A DNA stretch of 64,000 nt. It comes from Bacteroidales bacterium. Its GTDB lineage: Bacteria > Bacteroidota > Bacteroidia > Bacteroidales > UBA4181. The notes beneath the pieces are model-generated. The model ran no database searches. It saw only the letters and a list, made by a program, of their open reading frames with translations, and was not told the origin of the DNA. A program made the translations under genes and the position numbers. The stretch is from contig JAISOY010000042.1 in the NCBI GenBank assembly GCA_031275285.1, forward strand, positions 29,475 to 93,474, read 5' to 3'. Positions 1 to 10,233 of the stretch are shown piece by piece. The first letter of the stretch is position 1; each line of letters begins with the position of its first letter.

Positions 1-338
1 AGGTTGTTGGGACCGTTATTAATGGCCAGTTGGTATTCCTTTCCATCCAACGTGAACTTACCTTTAGCGATCCGGTTGCCGGTTCTGCCGCACACGGCGC
101 CGAAGTACGGTTCTTCCGATGACAGGTATTCTTCGATATTGTTATGTCCCAATACAACATCAATCATTTTTCCGTCTTTATCCGGAACATGTACGGATAC
201 GATCTTTGCACCGTAATTGGTAACGGATACTTCCATCCCGTTTGAATTGGTCAGAATATACAGATCTACCTGTTTCCCATCTATGTTCTTCTGAAAATCG
301 GTTTTTGTTAACCCCCCCAGAGTCGTTGTTTTACTCAT
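1..338 (-). CDS. galM: aldose 1-epimerase (galactose mutarotase), N-terminal part; gene runs off the window start
   Basis: Not in the ORF track. Reverse complement from ATG at 336-338 reads MSKTTTLGGLTKTDFQKNIDGKQVDLYILTNSNGMEVSVTNYGAKIVSVHVPDKDGKMIDVVLGHNNIEEYLSSEEPYFGAVCGRTGNRIAKGKFTLDGKEYQLAINNGPNN. The GR..NRI..G.F.LDG..Y.L..N.G.N block is typical of mutarotases. Confidence 0.8.
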   Translation of the reverse strand, partial: MSKTTTLGGLTKTDFQKNIDGKQVDLYILTNSNGMEVSVTNYGAKIVSVHVPDKDGKMIDVVLGHNNIEEYLSSEEPYFGAVCGRTGNRIAKGKFTLDGKEYQLAINNGPNN

Positions 339-440
339 ACTTTGATAATATGTTTTCACTTTTTCATTACCATGCAAATATATAATTTTAATGATATATC
401 TCCGCTAAGAATGTTTTTTTTTTGATTCTTTAACAATTTG

Positions 441-448
441 TATATTTG
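441..448 (+). promoter_or_regulatory. putative Bacteroidota sigma-A -7 box (TAnnTTTG)
   Basis: TATATTTG lies 18 nt upstream of the xseB start, with TTTG runs about 20 nt further upstream (tttgattctttaacaatttg). Confidence 0.4.
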
Positions 449-465
449 CAATCGTATCAAAATCA

Positions 466-669
466 ATGGTCATGGCTAAAAAAGAATTGAATTATAGCGA
501 ATCAATAGAAGAAATTGAACGCATTCTGGAAAAAATAGAGCAAGGGGAAACTGATGTTGACGAATTGACGGAAGAGATCAAGCGTGCAGCTAAATTATTA
601 CACAGTTGTAAAGAAAAACTGTTTAAAACAGAACAGGAAGTATCGAAAATCATCCATCCGGAAGAATAA
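466..669 (+). CDS. xseB: exodeoxyribonuclease VII small subunit
   Basis: 67 aa; MAKKELNYSESIEEIERILEKIEQGETDVDELTEEIKRAAKLLHSCKEKL matches the XseB helical-hairpin pattern. The start may be the second ATG at 472. Confidence 0.85.
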   Translation: MVMAKKELNYSESIEEIERILEKIEQGETDVDELTEEIKRAAKLLHSCKEKLFKTEQEVSKIIHPEE

Positions 670-788
670 TTCCTTAATTTGAAACTTATTTAGCGATCTT
701 CCTCAAAACCAAATAAAAATAATGGGCTGCAATTGTGTTTTGTTCATAATATTGCAAACATTTTTCAGCTATGATCCACAACTACAGG

Positions 789-1850
789 TCAGATACTTAT
801 GTTGCGGATGACTTCCAGTTTACTGTCACGGTAATAATGTTCTTCATCGTACGGTGCATGAATCTCAGGAGCTTTAATACCATTACCAAAATTTGTCTTG
901 CCGGTGAAAATGCGGGCTTCATCCCAAAGACCTTCGTTTATAAAGGTCTGGAGTAATTGGGTACCTCCTTCGATAAGTACAGAGGTCGTATTTCGCCGGT
1001 ATAATTCATCCAGGATATGGTAGGGCAGCCGTTGGTCGAAAGGGATGGTGGCATATTCGGCAAAAGAAGTATTTTCTGTCTTTTTTTCTGTGAATACCAG
1101 AGTTGGCTGACTTCCGTCGAACAGATGCAGGGAAGAAGGAAGCCGTAACTTCCGGTCTATCACAATCCGTAGCGGGATATGCCCTTTCCATTGGCGTAAA
1201 TTTAGCATCGGGTTATCCAGGAAAGCCGTGTTGGTGCCTACCATGATGGCGCTTTCTTCCGAACGCCATTTGTGTGCCAGTGTCCGTTCAAAACCTTTTG
1301 TGATCCAGGTAGGACGTCCGGTTGCATATTCATTACGTATCACATCGATGAAGCCATCTGTCGTCTGGGCCCATTTAAGCAACACGAACGGCCTTTTTTT
1401 CAGATGGTAGGTCATGAACCGGACATTTAACCAGTCGCTTTCTTTTTTTAAGACATTTTCGGTTACCCGGCATCCGGCAGTACGTAGCCGTTCGATACCT
1501 TTTCCGGCTACCAGCGGATTAGGATCAAAACTTCCTGTTACGACATCGGGTATATGATGAGCTATGATGAGATCAGAGCATGGAGGGGTTTTTCCATAGT
1601 GGGAACATGGCTCAAGGTTTACATAAAGCGTGGAACGGGATAACAGTTCTTTTTTTTCAACGGAGCGGATCGCATTTACTTCGGCATGAGGTTCTCCGTA
1701 TTTACGGTGGTATCCTTCACCGATAATTTCATCATCACATACGATCACACATCCCACCATCGGATTCGGTGCAGTATATCCGGCAGCATTCCGGGCCAGT
1801 TCGATACACCGGCGCATATACTTTTTGTGGATGACTGAAGATACGGACAT
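789..1850 (-). CDS. ribD: bifunctional riboflavin biosynthesis protein RibD (pyrimidine deaminase / uracil reductase)
   Basis: 353 aa with CMP/dCMP deaminase zinc motifs HAEVNAI and LEPCSHYGKTPPC, followed by a RibD C-terminal reductase-like half. Confidence 0.93.
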   Translation of the reverse strand: MSVSSVIHKKYMRRCIELARNAAGYTAPNPMVGCVIVCDDEIIGEGYHRKYGEPHAEVNAIRSVEKKELLSRSTLYVNLEPCSHYGKTPPCSDLIIAHHIPDVVTGSFDPNPLVAGKGIERLRTAGCRVTENVLKKESDWLNVRFMTYHLKKRPFVLLKWAQTTDGFIDVIRNEYATGRPTWITKGFERTLAHKWRSEESAIMVGTNTAFLDNPMLNLRQWKGHIPLRIVIDRKLRLPSSLHLFDGSQPTLVFTEKKTENTSFAEYATIPFDQRLPYHILDELYRRNTTSVLIEGGTQLLQTFINEGLWDEARIFTGKTNFGNGIKAPEIHAPYDEEHYYRDSKLEVIRNISI

Positions 1851-1852
1851 GC

Positions 1853-3700
1853 TTATTCCTCATAAAACTGTTGCAACAACGTCCTGTAGGAGGAAAATAT
1901 CTTGGATTTGGATAAAAAACCGATATATTTTCCGTTTTCCACCACCGGTAGATTCCAGGCGCCTGTTTTTTCAAATTTATTCATGACGGCATCCATCGTT
2001 TCGTTGATCTCGATCAGGGATGGGGCAGGGGTCACAAGGCTGGATACAAGCGTTTCTTTATACTGTTCCGGTTCGAAGATGATGTTGCGGATATTATCCA
2101 GTAAAACGACACCTATGAATTTAGCGTTTTGGTCAATTACAGGGAAGATGTTTCGTTTCGATTTTGAAATGTATTTAACCAGATCCCCCAACGTATCCTC
2201 AGGATGTACGGTGATGAAATCTTTTTCGATCAATTTGTTGGTTTTAAGTAGGGTAAGGATGGCCTTGTCTTTGTCATGGGTGATCAGTTCGCCGCGTTTT
2301 GCCAGGCGACTGGTGTAGATCGAATGCGGTTCGATGTAACGGGCGGTAATGAATGAAAAGGCCGCCGTGAAACTTATCGGGACAAAAAGGCCATGTCCTC
2401 CCGTGATTTCGGTAATCAGGAAGATAGCGGTCAGCGGTGCATGCATAACCCCGGCCATCATACCGGCCATACCGGCCATCACGAAATTTTTGTCACTAAC
2501 GGAAAATATAGGGATCATGTTGATGACCTTGGCAAGAATGAATCCGGATACACCTCCCATGAACAACGTAGGGGCAAAGATCCCTCCGACTCCGCCACTG
2601 CCGGTGGTGACGGCCATAGCGATCACTTTCAGTACCAGTACCAGGGATAAAAAGGCCAATAACCAATACTGGTTGTCTTTAACGTTATAAAATACGCTTC
2701 CGTTAAGCAGGTCGGCCGAACGGCCGCTGAGAATCATTTTTAATGCTTCATAACCTTCTCCAAACAACGGCGGACAAAGGAATATCAACAATCCCACAAT
2801 GCTACCGCCAATGATCAGGCGTTGGAAAACCAGTATTCTTTTTCCGGTAATTTCTTCTTTGACAAATTTCCGGCTCTTTTTATCCCATCTCAGATAAGTT
2901 TTCCCCAGCCTGTCCATCAGATTTTCGATGTATTTAGTGCTTCTGGTGAAATAAATAGCGATAAATCCTGTGAAAAGCCCTAACACCACATAATAGGGAA
3001 GGTTCTGTAAAACGAGCGGATCCATTACGGTAAATGAGAATACCGCTCCTTTACCCATCAACAGCCAGGATATAGCGGTGGCTGTCACTGCTGAAATCAA
3101 TAATGGGATAATGGAAGCGGTGGTCAGGTCGAGCATGAGCACTTCCAGCGCAAAAACAACAGCGGCTACAGGCGCGGAAAAGATACCGCCAATAGCTCCG
3201 GCAGCGCCGCATCCGATCAGTAAAGTCGTGGTTTTGTAATTGAGCCTGAACCACTGGCCGATATTTGAACCAATGGCTGATCCCGTCAGTACAATGGGTG
3301 ATTCCAACCCGACCGATCCCCCGAATCCGACCGTCAGTGAAGAGCCGATCATGGACGAATACATATTGTGCGGTTTGAGCTGGCTGTTTTTCTTGGATAT
3401 GGCGAATAATATCCGTGTGATTCCGTGTACAATGTCTTCTTTGACAAAGAACCGGACAAACAGGACCGTTAATAGAATACCGACAAAAGGACAGATAAAA
3501 TACAACCAGTTGGCCGAAAAACTATTGATATGTCCGGTAAAGAAGAGGGTTAGCGCATGGACAGTATTTTTCAATAATACGGCAGCTAATCCCACCACTA
3601 TTCCGATAATGAAACTTAACAGGATGATCAGCCTTTGTTGTGAGATTCTTTCTGATATCCAGTGTATGATTTTTATGTGTGCAATGGCAGACCGGTTCAC
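1853..3700 (-). CDS. ClC-family voltage-gated chloride channel with C-terminal CBS pair
   Basis: 615 aa, polytopic. ClC selectivity-type motifs GSVGLESPIV and GSGGVGGIFAPTLFMG are present. The C-terminal ~140 aa are CBS-like (ITVHPEDTLGDLV..., NLPVVENGKYIGFLS). Confidence 0.9.
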   Translation of the reverse strand: MNRSAIAHIKIIHWISERISQQRLIILLSFIIGIVVGLAAVLLKNTVHALTLFFTGHINSFSANWLYFICPFVGILLTVLFVRFFVKEDIVHGITRILFAISKKNSQLKPHNMYSSMIGSSLTVGFGGSVGLESPIVLTGSAIGSNIGQWFRLNYKTTTLLIGCGAAGAIGGIFSAPVAAVVFALEVLMLDLTTASIIPLLISAVTATAISWLLMGKGAVFSFTVMDPLVLQNLPYYVVLGLFTGFIAIYFTRSTKYIENLMDRLGKTYLRWDKKSRKFVKEEITGKRILVFQRLIIGGSIVGLLIFLCPPLFGEGYEALKMILSGRSADLLNGSVFYNVKDNQYWLLAFLSLVLVLKVIAMAVTTGSGGVGGIFAPTLFMGGVSGFILAKVINMIPIFSVSDKNFVMAGMAGMMAGVMHAPLTAIFLITEITGGHGLFVPISFTAAFSFITARYIEPHSIYTSRLAKRGELITHDKDKAILTLLKTNKLIEKDFITVHPEDTLGDLVKYISKSKRNIFPVIDQNAKFIGVVLLDNIRNIIFEPEQYKETLVSSLVTPAPSLIEINETMDAVMNKFEKTGAWNLPVVENGKYIGFLSKSKIFSSYRTLLQQFYEE

Positions 3701-3771
3701 GGCAATATTTTTATGATATGGTCAATTAAACAATGAAGCATGAATGCTTTTATGATAAACAACGAAAAGTG

Positions 3772-5355
3772 TTATAATGTTTGGTATAAAGGTTGGGAAT
3801 GAGGATAATCGATATTGTAATGCAATCCGATACTTTCACGCCGGGCCTGTGCGCTTTTGATGACCAGGTATCCGGCATTGATCATATTGCGGAGTTCGCA
3901 GAGCTTGATTGAAAGGGTGGTTTTGGCGTACAGCGCTTCCGTTTCGTCATAAATGATCTGCAACCTGTCCATGGCTCTTTTTAAGCGGAGATTGGAACGA
4001 ACAATACCGACATAGTTACTCATGATTTGCTGCATTTCCCTGTAATTCTGTGTAATCAATACCATTTCTTCCGGATGGGCCGTTCCTTCGGTATTCCAAT
4101 CAGGAATATTGTCTGGAACTTGGTACTCCCTGAAATTCCTGATGGCATCCATGGCCGCATTATTTGCATACACCACAGCTTCAATCAGTGAATTGGATGC
4201 CAGCCTGTTGGCTCCATGTAATCCTGTACAGGTCGTTTCTCCTGCAGCGTAAAGCCGGTTGATACTGCTCCGTCCCGTCATATCTACTTTGATTCCGCCA
4301 CATTGGTAATGAGCGGCCGGAATTACAGGAATAAAATCTTTGGTGATATCGATACCGATACTCAGGCATTTTTCGTAAATATTCGGAAAGTGGCTTTTCA
4401 AGCCTTCGTGTGAGGTATGTGTAGCGTCGAGGTATACGTGGTCGTCACCCCTTACCTTCATTTCATTATCGATAGCCCTTGCCACAATATCACGGGGAGC
4501 CAGGGATCTTCGCTGGTCGTATTTATGCATGAATTCCTTACCGTCGATGGTACGCAACACGGCACCAAATCCACGCATAGCCTCTGTGATCAGGAAAGAT
4601 GGTTTGTCTCCCGGATGATACAATGAAGTAGGATGAAACTGGATGAACTCCATATTGTCGATGATGCCCTTGGCGCGATAAACCATGGCGATCCCGTCTC
4701 CTGTGGCAATGATCGGGTTGGTCGTGGTAGAGTACAGGTTACCTGTACCTCCGGTGGCCATCATGGTTACCCTGGCCATCATGGCAAAAGTTTTGTTCTT
4801 TTTGATGTCCAACAAATAGGCTCCGTAGCATTCGGTATCGGAATGGTATCTTTTTACCAGTTTTCCCAGATGATGTTGTGTGATCACATCTACGGCAAAA
4901 TGGTTCTCCAGGATTTCGATATTCGGGTGGTTACGGGCCATTCCCGATAAAGCCCGCTGTATCTCAAACCCGGTGTTGTCTTTGTGGTGTAGTATTCTGT
5001 GTTCACTGTGTCCGCCTTCCCGGGCAAGGTCAAAATTACCGTCACCCGTCCGGTCGAATTCTGTGCCCCACTCAATGAGCTGTTGGATCTGTTCGGGGGC
5101 TTCACGAACAACCATTCGTACCACTTCTTCAGTGCAAAGGCCGTCTCCGGCAATCAACGTATCGGCAACATGTTTTTCATAAGAATCACTTTCATCAGTT
5201 ACCGCCGCTATACCTCCCTGTGCATAACAGGTATTGGTCTCGTCCAGACCGGTTTTGCTTACCAGGCACACTTTACCGTAAGGGGCTACCTTTAAGGCAA
5301 AACTTAATCCGGCCAGTCCCGATCCGATTACCAGAAAATCAACTTCGCGCTTCAT
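3772..5355 (-). CDS. nadB: L-aspartate oxidase
   Basis: 527 aa with N-terminal FAD dinucleotide fold DFLVIGSGLAGLS, then HSEHRILHHKDNTG, RSLAPRDIVARAI and LYAAGETTCTGLHGANRLASNSL, typical of the NadB / succinate dehydrogenase flavoprotein family. Confidence 0.93.
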   Translation of the reverse strand: MKREVDFLVIGSGLAGLSFALKVAPYGKVCLVSKTGLDETNTCYAQGGIAAVTDESDSYEKHVADTLIAGDGLCTEEVVRMVVREAPEQIQQLIEWGTEFDRTGDGNFDLAREGGHSEHRILHHKDNTGFEIQRALSGMARNHPNIEILENHFAVDVITQHHLGKLVKRYHSDTECYGAYLLDIKKNKTFAMMARVTMMATGGTGNLYSTTTNPIIATGDGIAMVYRAKGIIDNMEFIQFHPTSLYHPGDKPSFLITEAMRGFGAVLRTIDGKEFMHKYDQRRSLAPRDIVARAIDNEMKVRGDDHVYLDATHTSHEGLKSHFPNIYEKCLSIGIDITKDFIPVIPAAHYQCGGIKVDMTGRSSINRLYAAGETTCTGLHGANRLASNSLIEAVVYANNAAMDAIRNFREYQVPDNIPDWNTEGTAHPEEMVLITQNYREMQQIMSNYVGIVRSNLRLKRAMDRLQIIYDETEALYAKTTLSIKLCELRNMINAGYLVIKSAQARRESIGLHYNIDYPHSQPLYQTL

Positions 5356-5381
5356 GATAGGGCAAGTTATTCGTTAAAATT

Positions 5382-5414
5382 ACAGATTGATACCATGTTG
5401 TGGTATCAATCTGT
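5382..5414 (-). terminator. putative hairpin terminator downstream of tpiA
   Basis: Perfect 14-bp inverted repeat acagattgatacca / tggtatcaatctgt with a 5-nt loop, 20 nt after the tpiA stop. On the minus strand it is followed by AATTTT, a weak T tract. Confidence 0.4.
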
Positions 5415-5433
5415 AACTGATTACTTGCTGTAA

Positions 5434-6189
5434 TTAAAACGATGTAATAATTTTAATGAATTTTTCTGCAACCAACGATGCACCACCAATCAGTCCACCA
5501 TCGATATCAGGACATGCGAGCAGTTCTTTGGCGTTATTTTCGTTCATGCTGCCGCCATATTGTATGGTAATCCCTTTTGCTACTTCTTCGCCGTATTTCT
5601 CAGTAATGGATTTCCGGATAAAGGCATGTACTTCCTGGGCTTGTTCAGGTGTGGCAGTACGTCCTGTTCCGATGGCCCATACCGGTTCATAAGCAATAAC
5701 GATCTTTTTGAAATCATCGGCAGAGAGGTCGAATAATCCATCTTTTAATTGGCCGTATACGGTTTCGAAATGTTTTCCACTATCACGTTGTGCCAATTCT
5801 TCACCAACACAGAATATAGGCGTTAACTGATTTTCCAGTGCCAGCTTCACTTTTTTTGCAAGGATGGCATCGGTTTCCCCGTAATAGGTACGGCGCTCAG
5901 AGTGTCCGATGATTACATAATTAACACCGGCGCTTTTGATCATGGCTGCGGAAACTTCACCGGTATATGCACCGGATGCTTCGGCAGCACAGTTTTGTGC
6001 GGAAACACCGATTTTGCTACCTACCACCTTTGATACTTCTGTCAGATGCAGGAAAGGGGGGGCAACAACAACGTCGCATTGAATGCTTCCGGCCGCATCT
6101 ACAGCTGCTTTGATGTCTTTTGCCAACTGAACTCCTTCGGCAAGGGTTTTATTCATTTTCCAATTGCCTGCTATGATATTCTTCCTCAT
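5434..6189 (-). CDS. tpiA: triose-phosphate isomerase
   Basis: 251 aa with [16 protein letters not shown] and [11 protein letters not shown] signature blocks. Confidence 0.96.
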   Translation of the reverse strand: MRKNIIAGNWKMNKTLAEGVQLAKDIKAAVDAAGSIQCDVVVAPPFLHLTEVSKVVGSKIGVSAQNCAAEASGAYTGEVSAAMIKSAGVNYVIIGHSERRTYYGETDAILAKKVKLALENQLTPIFCVGEELAQRDSGKHFETVYGQLKDGLFDLSADDFKKIVIAYEPVWAIGTGRTATPEQAQEVHAFIRKSITEKYGEEVAKGITIQYGGSMNENNAKELLACPDIDGGLIGGASLVAEKFIKIITSF

Positions 6190-6219
6190 GATTTTTTATG
6201 ATTTTATAATAATAAGGGT

Positions 6220-6227
6220 CAAAAGTA
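6220..6227 (-). promoter_or_regulatory. putative -7 box (TACTTTTG on minus strand) for tpiA
   Basis: The plus strand reads CAAAAGTA, 31 nt upstream of the tpiA ATG at 6189. Confidence 0.4.
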
Positions 6228-6497
6228 TAAAGAAAAACCGATATAGAACAGGAAAAAAAACTGTTTTCAAAAGCATCCGGAAAATTTCCATGGAATATCG
6301 GGCGGGTAGCCATATATTTCAGATAATTCGGTTTCATTCCGTTGAGCAGATAAAGATATGTTTTATATTTGTGCCGGAAATACAACCACGATTCTTTATT
6401 AAGTAATAGCAAATAACTAAAGTCATATTTAATAAACGTAATCAATTTATCAATCTGACTTAAGAAAACAATAAATAGCACCGGGTGCTCATCACGC

Positions 6498-8318
6498 ATG
6501 GAACAACTGAAACGTTACTGGATCAGGATTAAGTTTTTATTTATCAATCTGCAGAAGATACTGTTGTATTTTACGCGTACGGTATTTTCATTATTGGCCC
6601 TGTCGGCCTTATTGCTGATCATTTATGAATTCGGCTTTGACCTGGATATTTCCAGGCATTTATCGGTTCGCCGTTTTTATTATCTGATCCTGACACTTTT
6701 TTTCATTAAATATTCGGTTAATCTGATCAAGGAGTTTAAGGAAATATTGAAGAGAAAAGGATTTTGGATAGGGATACTCATTTATCTTTTATTACTGATT
6801 ACCCTGATAATACACTATTTTTCTGATCATGGAGTTTCCGGTCATTTTTTTGTCCAGATTTTTACCTCATCAATCATGATGTATGCCTTGTTGTTGATAT
6901 TCAGTATGCTTGAGTTATCCCAACGCCTGCTCGGAATCATGGACAAGCATATTCCACCTGGCTTACTGTTCGCCTATAGCTTTATTTTTATCATCATACT
7001 TGGTACGGTTATGTTGATATTACCCCGTTCCACCGTTTCCGGCATTTCGCTGGTGGACGCATTGTTTACAGCTACCAGCGCCGTTTGTGTGACAGGGCTG
7101 AATGTATTGAGTATTTCTTCTGATTTTACGCTTACAGGACAGGTGATACTTCTGATACTGATCCAGATCGGAGGAATTGGTGTGATGACCTTTACCAGCT
7201 TTTTTGCACTTTCATGGATGGGGCATTCTTCCTTCCAGAATAATCTGGTATTGAAAGATATGTTAAATGAGGAGAACCTGAGTGGTATTTTCAGAACATT
7301 GATGAGTATTATGATTACAACTTTCGGCATCGAACTGATTGGCGCCGTGCTGGTTTTTTTCAGCATAAAAGGAACTTTAGGAATGGGTTTCGGTGAAGAA
7401 GTATTTTTCTCGTTCTTCCATGCTATTTCGGCTTTTTGTAATGCCGGTTTTTCCACTCTATCCGGAAACTTGGTTGATCCTTTGGTTTCCACCAATTACA
7501 GGCTGCATACCCTTATCGCATTGTTGATTGTGTTCGGCGGACTGGGTTTTCCCATTATCGCAAATTGTTACCGTTGGGTAGGATATTTCGTTCATAATAT
7601 ATGGTTACGGCTTACCGGGGAAAAGAAAAAACAGATACACACCAAGATCATTTATATAAACACCAAAATTGCTTTATATTCTACGGTCATTCTGTTAGTG
7701 CTGGGATTTGCCTGCTATATGATCCTGGAATATAACCATACGCTCAAAGGATTATCCTGGGACGGAAAGTTGGCAACCGCTTTTTTCGGTGCGGTTACGC
7801 CACGTACTGCCGGATTTAATACAGTGAACCTTACGGCAATGATGCCGGCCACCGTCCTGCTAACAATTATATTGATGTGGATAGGTGCTTCTCCCATGTC
7901 TACTGGAGGAGGGATAAAAACCACGACTTTTGCCATTGCTTGCATGAATATCTTTAATGTGGCAAGAGGAAAAAAGAAAATGGAGGTTTTCCGTAGGGAG
8001 ATCAGTCATACGACGATCCGCAGGGCATTTGCCGTGATAGCCATTTCTATCCTTTGGATTGTGTTGAGTGTATTTTGCATCTCAATGGCTGAATCTCAGG
8101 TAGAACTTACGGCAGTATTTTTCGAATGTGTTTCGGCGTTGGGTACCGTGGGTTTGACACTTAACCTTACTCCGGAGCTGGGTAATTTCAGTAAAATGGT
8201 GCTTGTATTTACCATGTTCATCGGAAGAGTAGGGGCATTGACCATTTTATCCGGTCTGATGCCGCAGTATAGCGATAAAAAATATACCTATCCGCAGGAG
8301 CTGGTGATGGTTGGATGA
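6498..8318 (+). CDS. trkH: TrkH/KtrB-family potassium (cation) transporter membrane subunit
   Basis: 606 aa, polytopic. Repeated pore-loop-like segments (TATSAVCVTGL, ISAFCNAGFS, TPRTAGFNTV, SALGTVGLTL) are typical of the four MPM repeats in Trk/Ktr/HKT. It is followed by a TrkA-like gene. Confidence 0.88.
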   Translation: MEQLKRYWIRIKFLFINLQKILLYFTRTVFSLLALSALLLIIYEFGFDLDISRHLSVRRFYYLILTLFFIKYSVNLIKEFKEILKRKGFWIGILIYLLLLITLIIHYFSDHGVSGHFFVQIFTSSIMMYALLLIFSMLELSQRLLGIMDKHIPPGLLFAYSFIFIIILGTVMLILPRSTVSGISLVDALFTATSAVCVTGLNVLSISSDFTLTGQVILLILIQIGGIGVMTFTSFFALSWMGHSSFQNNLVLKDMLNEENLSGIFRTLMSIMITTFGIELIGAVLVFFSIKGTLGMGFGEEVFFSFFHAISAFCNAGFSTLSGNLVDPLVSTNYRLHTLIALLIVFGGLGFPIIANCYRWVGYFVHNIWLRLTGEKKKQIHTKIIYINTKIALYSTVILLVLGFACYMILEYNHTLKGLSWDGKLATAFFGAVTPRTAGFNTVNLTAMMPATVLLTIILMWIGASPMSTGGGIKTTTFAIACMNIFNVARGKKKMEVFRREISHTTIRRAFAVIAISILWIVLSVFCISMAESQVELTAVFFECVSALGTVGLTLNLTPELGNFSKMVLVFTMFIGRVGALTILSGLMPQYSDKKYTYPQELVMVG

Positions 8319-8327
8319 TCAAAGTCA

Positions 8328-8380
8328 GAAAGTTAAAAAGTAGGAAAGTTAAAAAGTTCATCATTTATAGTTCATAGTTC
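8328..8380. repeat. two short tandem direct repeats filling the trkH-trkA spacer
   Basis: gaaagttaaaaagt occurs at 8328-8341 and again at 8344-8357. atagttc occurs at 8367-8373 and 8374-8380. Confidence 0.7.
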
Positions 8381-8408
8381 GTTTTTAACCTTAAAAGCAG
8401 TAATATAA

Positions 8409-9092
8409 ATGAAATACATTGTGATAGGATTAGGGCATTTCGGTGCGGTTTTGTCGGAAAAACTTACAGCCATGGGGCATGAAGTAATTGGTGTGGATAT
8501 TGATCCGCAGAAAGTGGAAGACCTGAAACAAACTGTAGCTACCACTATAGCGCTTGACTCGCGCGACCAGAATGCCCTGAATGTACTTCCGTTGAAAGAC
8601 GCAGATACTGTATTTGTGACGATAGGAGAAGATTTTGGAGCCTCTATTCATATCATTGCATTGTTGAAACAGCATAAAGTTAAAAGGCTGGTGGGGCGGG
8701 CAGTTTCCCCGCTTCATAAAACAGTAATGGAAGCAATAGGGGTAGATGAGATCATCATGCCTGAACAGGAATATGCAGGGACGTATGCATCACGGATTGA
8801 AGTGGCCGGAGCTTCGGATGTATATATTGTAGATGACCAGTCTCTCATTGCTGAAATACCTTTGCCGGCTATTTATGTCGGACAGACTGTGAAAGACATT
8901 CATTTGAATGAAAATTTTTCACTGATGCTCATTGCCATTAAGCGTAATGATACGGAGAAAAATTTGTTGGGGGCAACGCGTCAGACAAAAAAACTGCTGC
9001 CGAAATTCGATGATCAAACGCCGCTTCAGGAGAAAGATGTATTGCTGGTATTTGGGAAAATAGGAGACATCAAAAAATTTGAAAGTATGTAA
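8409..9092 (+). CDS. trkA: TrkA/KtrA-type potassium uptake regulatory subunit (RCK, NAD-binding)
   Basis: 227 aa with a Rossmann motif MKYIVIGLGHFG at the N-terminus and a TrkA-C-like C-terminal half. It is adjacent to trkH. Confidence 0.88.
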   Translation: MKYIVIGLGHFGAVLSEKLTAMGHEVIGVDIDPQKVEDLKQTVATTIALDSRDQNALNVLPLKDADTVFVTIGEDFGASIHIIALLKQHKVKRLVGRAVSPLHKTVMEAIGVDEIIMPEQEYAGTYASRIEVAGASDVYIVDDQSLIAEIPLPAIYVGQTVKDIHLNENFSLMLIAIKRNDTEKNLLGATRQTKKLLPKFDDQTPLQEKDVLLVFGKIGDIKKFESM

Positions 9093-9114
9093 TCAGGGTT
9101 ATTTGGATTTTATG

Positions 9115-10197
9115 CTAACGTTTCACCAAATGGCACATGACCGGGTAATGGTCGGAAAGGCGGACACGGGGGCTTTCGTAATTATAGGCCCTGAACGAAG
9201 GAGAATGCAGGATATAGTCGATACGCTGTGATGATATACGACCGATATGGTAGGTGGCACTTCTGCCTTTACCCGCTTCAACAAATGCATCTTTTCTTTT
9301 TCCTTTGATTTTTTTGTAGGAATAGGAGGTCGGAGGATCGTTGAAGTCACCGCAGATGATGACCGGATATGGCGACCGGTCAACGTGTTCTTTCAAGATA
9401 TCTACCTGTTGTGCACGGCGGATATAAGCATTTTTCATCTGGCGTATAATACCTTTAAGTGTATGGACGTCCGAATCGTCATATTCCTTTTTTAGGGCAT
9501 TATTCAATAATTCTCGTTCCTCTTTGGTAAATCCGATAGACTTGAGGTGGACATTATAGATACGGACAGTATCCCCATTTATCAGAAGATCACTGCACAT
9601 GCATGCATTAGTGGATTTATCTGAAAAAATCAATTCTTTTCGTATGATCGGATAAGAGCTGTAAGTGGCTATTCCGATGGCCCCGGTAGGTAGTTCCGTA
9701 TGATAATCGGGTTTATTGAGTTTTTTACTGATATTCCCTGCAAATTCAGGATTTTTCGAATAATCGGCAAATTCCTGCATACAGATGATCTCAGCTCCCG
9801 TCTCATTCATGTAGTCATAGATATTCAGCTTTTTTCCGTTTTTCTGCATTTCATTACTTTGACTGAAGGCATGCACATTGAAGGAAAATATCCTGATACT
9901 ATTTTCCAGTTCCTTATCCGGAAGCTTTTTTCCGGATATCTGGATGTTCTGCCAGATATTGTTCCAGCCCAGTAAAACAACAGCCAGCGATAGCAGTGCA
10001 TATTTCTTTTTACTGGTAAAAAGCCAGAAAATGCTGAAAAATAGAAGAATGACCATCAGGTATCCATAAGCAAGGCCGAAAAAGCTGAGCCACCAGACAT
10101 TTTCCGGACTTATCCAGCAGCACAGGTAGGCTAGCAGTAAGCATACTGCTGCAACCAGGTTGATGGTGATAAGGATAAAACGGATCAGTTTTTTCAA
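9115..10197 (-). CDS. membrane-anchored endonuclease/exonuclease/phosphatase (EEP) family protein
   Basis: 360 aa with three N-terminal TM helices. EEP motifs are present: IFSFNVH, ICMQEF, VIICGDFND and the C-terminal SDHYPV. The apparent start is TTG at 10195-10197. Confidence 0.8.
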   Translation of the reverse strand: MKKLIRFILITINLVAAVCLLLAYLCCWISPENVWWLSFFGLAYGYLMVILLFFSIFWLFTSKKKYALLSLAVVLLGWNNIWQNIQISGKKLPDKELENSIRIFSFNVHAFSQSNEMQKNGKKLNIYDYMNETGAEIICMQEFADYSKNPEFAGNISKKLNKPDYHTELPTGAIGIATYSSYPIIRKELIFSDKSTNACMCSDLLINGDTVRIYNVHLKSIGFTKEERELLNNALKKEYDDSDVHTLKGIIRQMKNAYIRRAQQVDILKEHVDRSPYPVIICGDFNDPPTSYSYKKIKGKRKDAFVEAGKGRSATYHIGRISSQRIDYILHSPSFRAYNYESPRVRLSDHYPVMCHLVKR

Positions 10198-10233
10198 TGG
10201 TTGGATATATTAATGGTGAAAGTACAATACCTG

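Noticed and set aside
1902-3716. Plus-strand ORFs 1902-2318, 2349-2690, 2393-2650 and 3240-3716, antisense to the ClC channel gene
   Set aside because: They lie entirely within a well-supported 615-aa minus-strand gene. Their translations are low-complexity (Pro/Thr/Ser-rich) mirror frames with no motifs.
6149-6499. ORFs 6149-6499 (-) and 6164-6406 (+) in the tpiA-trkH spacer
   Set aside because: This is an AT-rich divergent promoter region. The translations are Ile/Lys/Phe/Tyr-rich, as expected from AT-rich non-coding DNA. One overlaps the tpiA start, and a -7 box for tpiA sits inside them.
8328-8380. CRISPR array check (also at 63688-63715)
   Set aside because: Repeat units are only 7-14 nt with 0-2 nt spacers, and there are no cas genes. 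These are simple tandem repeats, not CRISPR.
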